Origin: Mobula hypostoma
Taxonomy: Eukaryota
Length of the DNA: 64,000 nucleotides
Assembly (NCBI RefSeq): GCF_963921235.1
Contig: NC_086108.1
Span: 17,608,001 to 17,672,000 of the forward strand
Direction: 5' to 3'
Position numbers and translations under genes: made by a program. How positions within the stretch are numbered: position 1 is the first letter of the stretch; every line of letters begins with the position of its first letter. The notes beneath the pieces are model-generated. The model searched no databases and was not told the DNA's origin. It saw only the letters and a list, made by a program, of their open reading frames with translations. Of this stretch, positions 61,672 to 64,000 are shown in pieces.

Positions 61672-64000
61672 CCATAAGACATAGGAATAGAATTAGGCCA
61701 TCTGGCCCATCAAGTCTGCTCCGCCATTTAATCATGGCTGATCCTTTTTTTCTATCCCCTCCTCAACCCCAGTTCCTGGCCTTCTCCCCATAACCTTTGA
61801 TGCCATGTCTAATCAAGAATCTATCAAACTGTGCCTTAAATACACCCAACGACCTGGCTTCCACAGCTGCACGTGGCAACAAATTCCACAAATTCACCAA
61901 CCTTTGGCTAAAGAAATTTCTCTGCATCTCTGTTTTGAAAGGGCATCCATCCATCCTGAGGCTGTGCCTTCTTGTCCTAGACTCTCCCACCATGGGAAAC
62001 ATCCTTTCCGCATCAACTCTGTCCAGGCCTTTCAACATTCAAAAGGTTTGAATGAGATCCCTCCTCGTCCTTCTGAATTACAGACCCAGAGCCATCTAAT
62101 GTTCCTTGTATGATAACCCTTTCATTCCTGGAATCATCCTTGTGAACCTCCTCTGGACCCTATCCAATGCCAGTACATCTTTTCTAAGATGAGGGTCCCA
62201 AAACTGTTCATAATACTCAAGGTGAGGCCTCTCCAGAACCTTATAAAGCCTCAGCATCACATCCTTGCTCTTGTATTCTTGACCTCTTGAAATGAATACT
62301 AACATGGCATTTGCCTTCCTCACTACCAACTTAACCTGCAAGTTAACCTTCAGGGTGTTCTGCACAAGGACTCCCAAGTCCCTCTGCATCTCAGATTCCT
62401 GGATTTTCTCCCCATTTAGAAAATAGTCTGCAACATTTATTTCTGCTACCAAAGTGCATGACCATGCATTTTCCAACATTGTATTTAATTTGCCACTTTC
62501 TTGCCCATTCTCCTAATTTGTCCAAGTCCTTCTGCATCCTACCTGTTTCCTTAACACTACCTGCCCCTCCACCAATCTACATATCATTTAAAAACTTGGT
62601 AACAAAGCCATCTATTCCATCATCTAAATCATTTATATACAGCATAAAAAGAAGTGGTCCCAACACCGAACCCTGCGGATCACCACTCGTCACTGGCAGC
62701 CAACCAGAAAAGAATCCTATTATTCCCAATCGGTGACTCCTACCATCAGCCAATGCTCTAACCATGATATTAACTTTCCTGTAATACCATAGGTTCTTAA
62801 CTTGGTAAGCAGCCTCATGTGTGGCACCTTGTCAAAGGCCTTCTGAAAGTCCAAATATACAACATTCACTGCATCCCCTTTATCTATCCTACTTACTGCT
62901 AGTGTCTTCCACAGTGAAGACTGACGCAATATTAGATTAGATTAGATTATGAGGACACGCAGTCCTCTTTTATTGTTATTTAGTAATGCATGCATTAAGA
63001 AATGATACAATTTGTTCCTCCAGAATGATATCACAGAAACACAAGACAAACCAAGACTAAAAAAAAACTGACAAAAACCACATAATTATAACATATAGTT
63101 ACAACAGTGCAAAGCAATACTGTAATTTGATGAAGAACAGACCATGGGCACAGTAAAAAATATACTCATTTAGTTCATCAGCCATCTCCTTGTCCCCCAT
63201 TATTATTTGTCCTGCTTCGTTTTCTAGCAGTCCTATATCCACTCTCATCTCTCTTTTATTTTTAACATACCTGAAAAAACTTTTGCTATCCACTTTGATA
63301 TTATTTACTAGCTTGCTTTCATATTTCATCTTTTTCCTTCTAATGATTTTTTTGGTTACTCTCTGTAGGTTTTTAAAAACTTCCAAATCCTCTATCTTCC
63401 CACTAATTTTTGCTTTGTTGTATGCCCTTTCTTTTGCTTTTACGATAGCTTTGACTTCCCTTGTCAGCCATGGTTGTACTATTTTACCATTTGAGTATTT
63501 CTTCAATTTTGGAATTCACATGTCCTGTACTTTCCTCATTCTTCCCTGAAACACACACCATTGCTGCTCTGCTGACGGCCCTGCCAGCAACTCCTTCCAA
63601 TTTACTTTGGCCAACTCCTCTCTCATACCACTATAATTCCCCTGACTCCACTGAAATATTGCTATATCAGACTTTACTTTCTCCCCATCAAATTTCAAGT
63701 TGAACTCAATCATATTGTGACCACTGATTCCTGAGGGTTCTTTTACCTTGAACTCCCTAATCGTCTCCAGTTCATTACATAACACCCAGTCCAGTATAGC
63801 TGATCCCTGAGTAGGCTCAACAACAAACTGCTCTAAAAAGCAGTCTTTTAGGTATTCAACAAACTCACTCTCTTGATGTCCATTACCAACCTGATTTTCC
63901 CAATCAACCTGCATGTTAAAATCTCCCATGACTACCATTGCCCTTTTGACTCGCTTTTTCTATTTCCTGTTTTAACCTGTGGTCCACCTCACAGCCTCTG
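61672..64000 (-). mobile_element. CR1 LINE ORF2 with an internal deletion and a nested insertion at ~62930-63157; runs off the window
   Basis: [62 protein letters not shown] and the 3'UTR. Confidence 0.92.

Noticed and set aside
1..64000. Prokaryotic-type system (CRISPR array, retron, defence operon) suggested by the many RT ORFs
   Set aside because: The RTs are APE-type non-LTR retrotransposon ORF2 fragments with stops and frameshifts. There is no operon structure and no regularly spaced repeat-spacer array.

Overview
This is eukaryotic genomic DNA, not prokaryotic. The repeat complement (HE1/V-SINE-like SINEs, CR1 LINEs with an SGNH-esterase ORF1, Rex1/Babar, RTE, Tx1, Penelope-type foldback repeats) points to a cartilaginous fish, probably a ray or skate (inference). 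The only host-gene exon I recognise with confidence is the first coding exon of an RXR nuclear receptor, most likely RXRG. It lies on the minus strand at 1534->1486, encodes MYGHYHHLVKLPVTYS plus 1 nt (49 nt), ends at a GTAAGT donor and sits in a CpG-rich promoter. The other ~62 kb is its upstream region, made largely of decayed and deeply nested retroelements, a solo LTR and several MITEs, with a few repeat-free islands between them. Nearly all long ORFs in the supplied track are LINE ORF1/ORF2 fragments, their antisense shadows, or low-complexity artefacts. I found no CRISPR array, operon, tRNA or rRNA gene. The most interesting signals are: (1) a dispersed family of foldback repeats whose consensus forms a minimal hammerhead ribozyme, including a young, perfect 132-bp palindrome whose axis falls on the predicted cleavage site; (2) candidate upstream phase-1 exons of RXR at ~30.7 kb, ~21.8 kb and ~54.8 kb; (3) two hAT MITEs at the same base of the same CR1 family but in opposite orientations; (4) isolated miRNA-sized hairpins. 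All family assignments come from motif recognition, not database searches, and repeat boundaries are approximate unless a target-site duplication (TSD) is cited.
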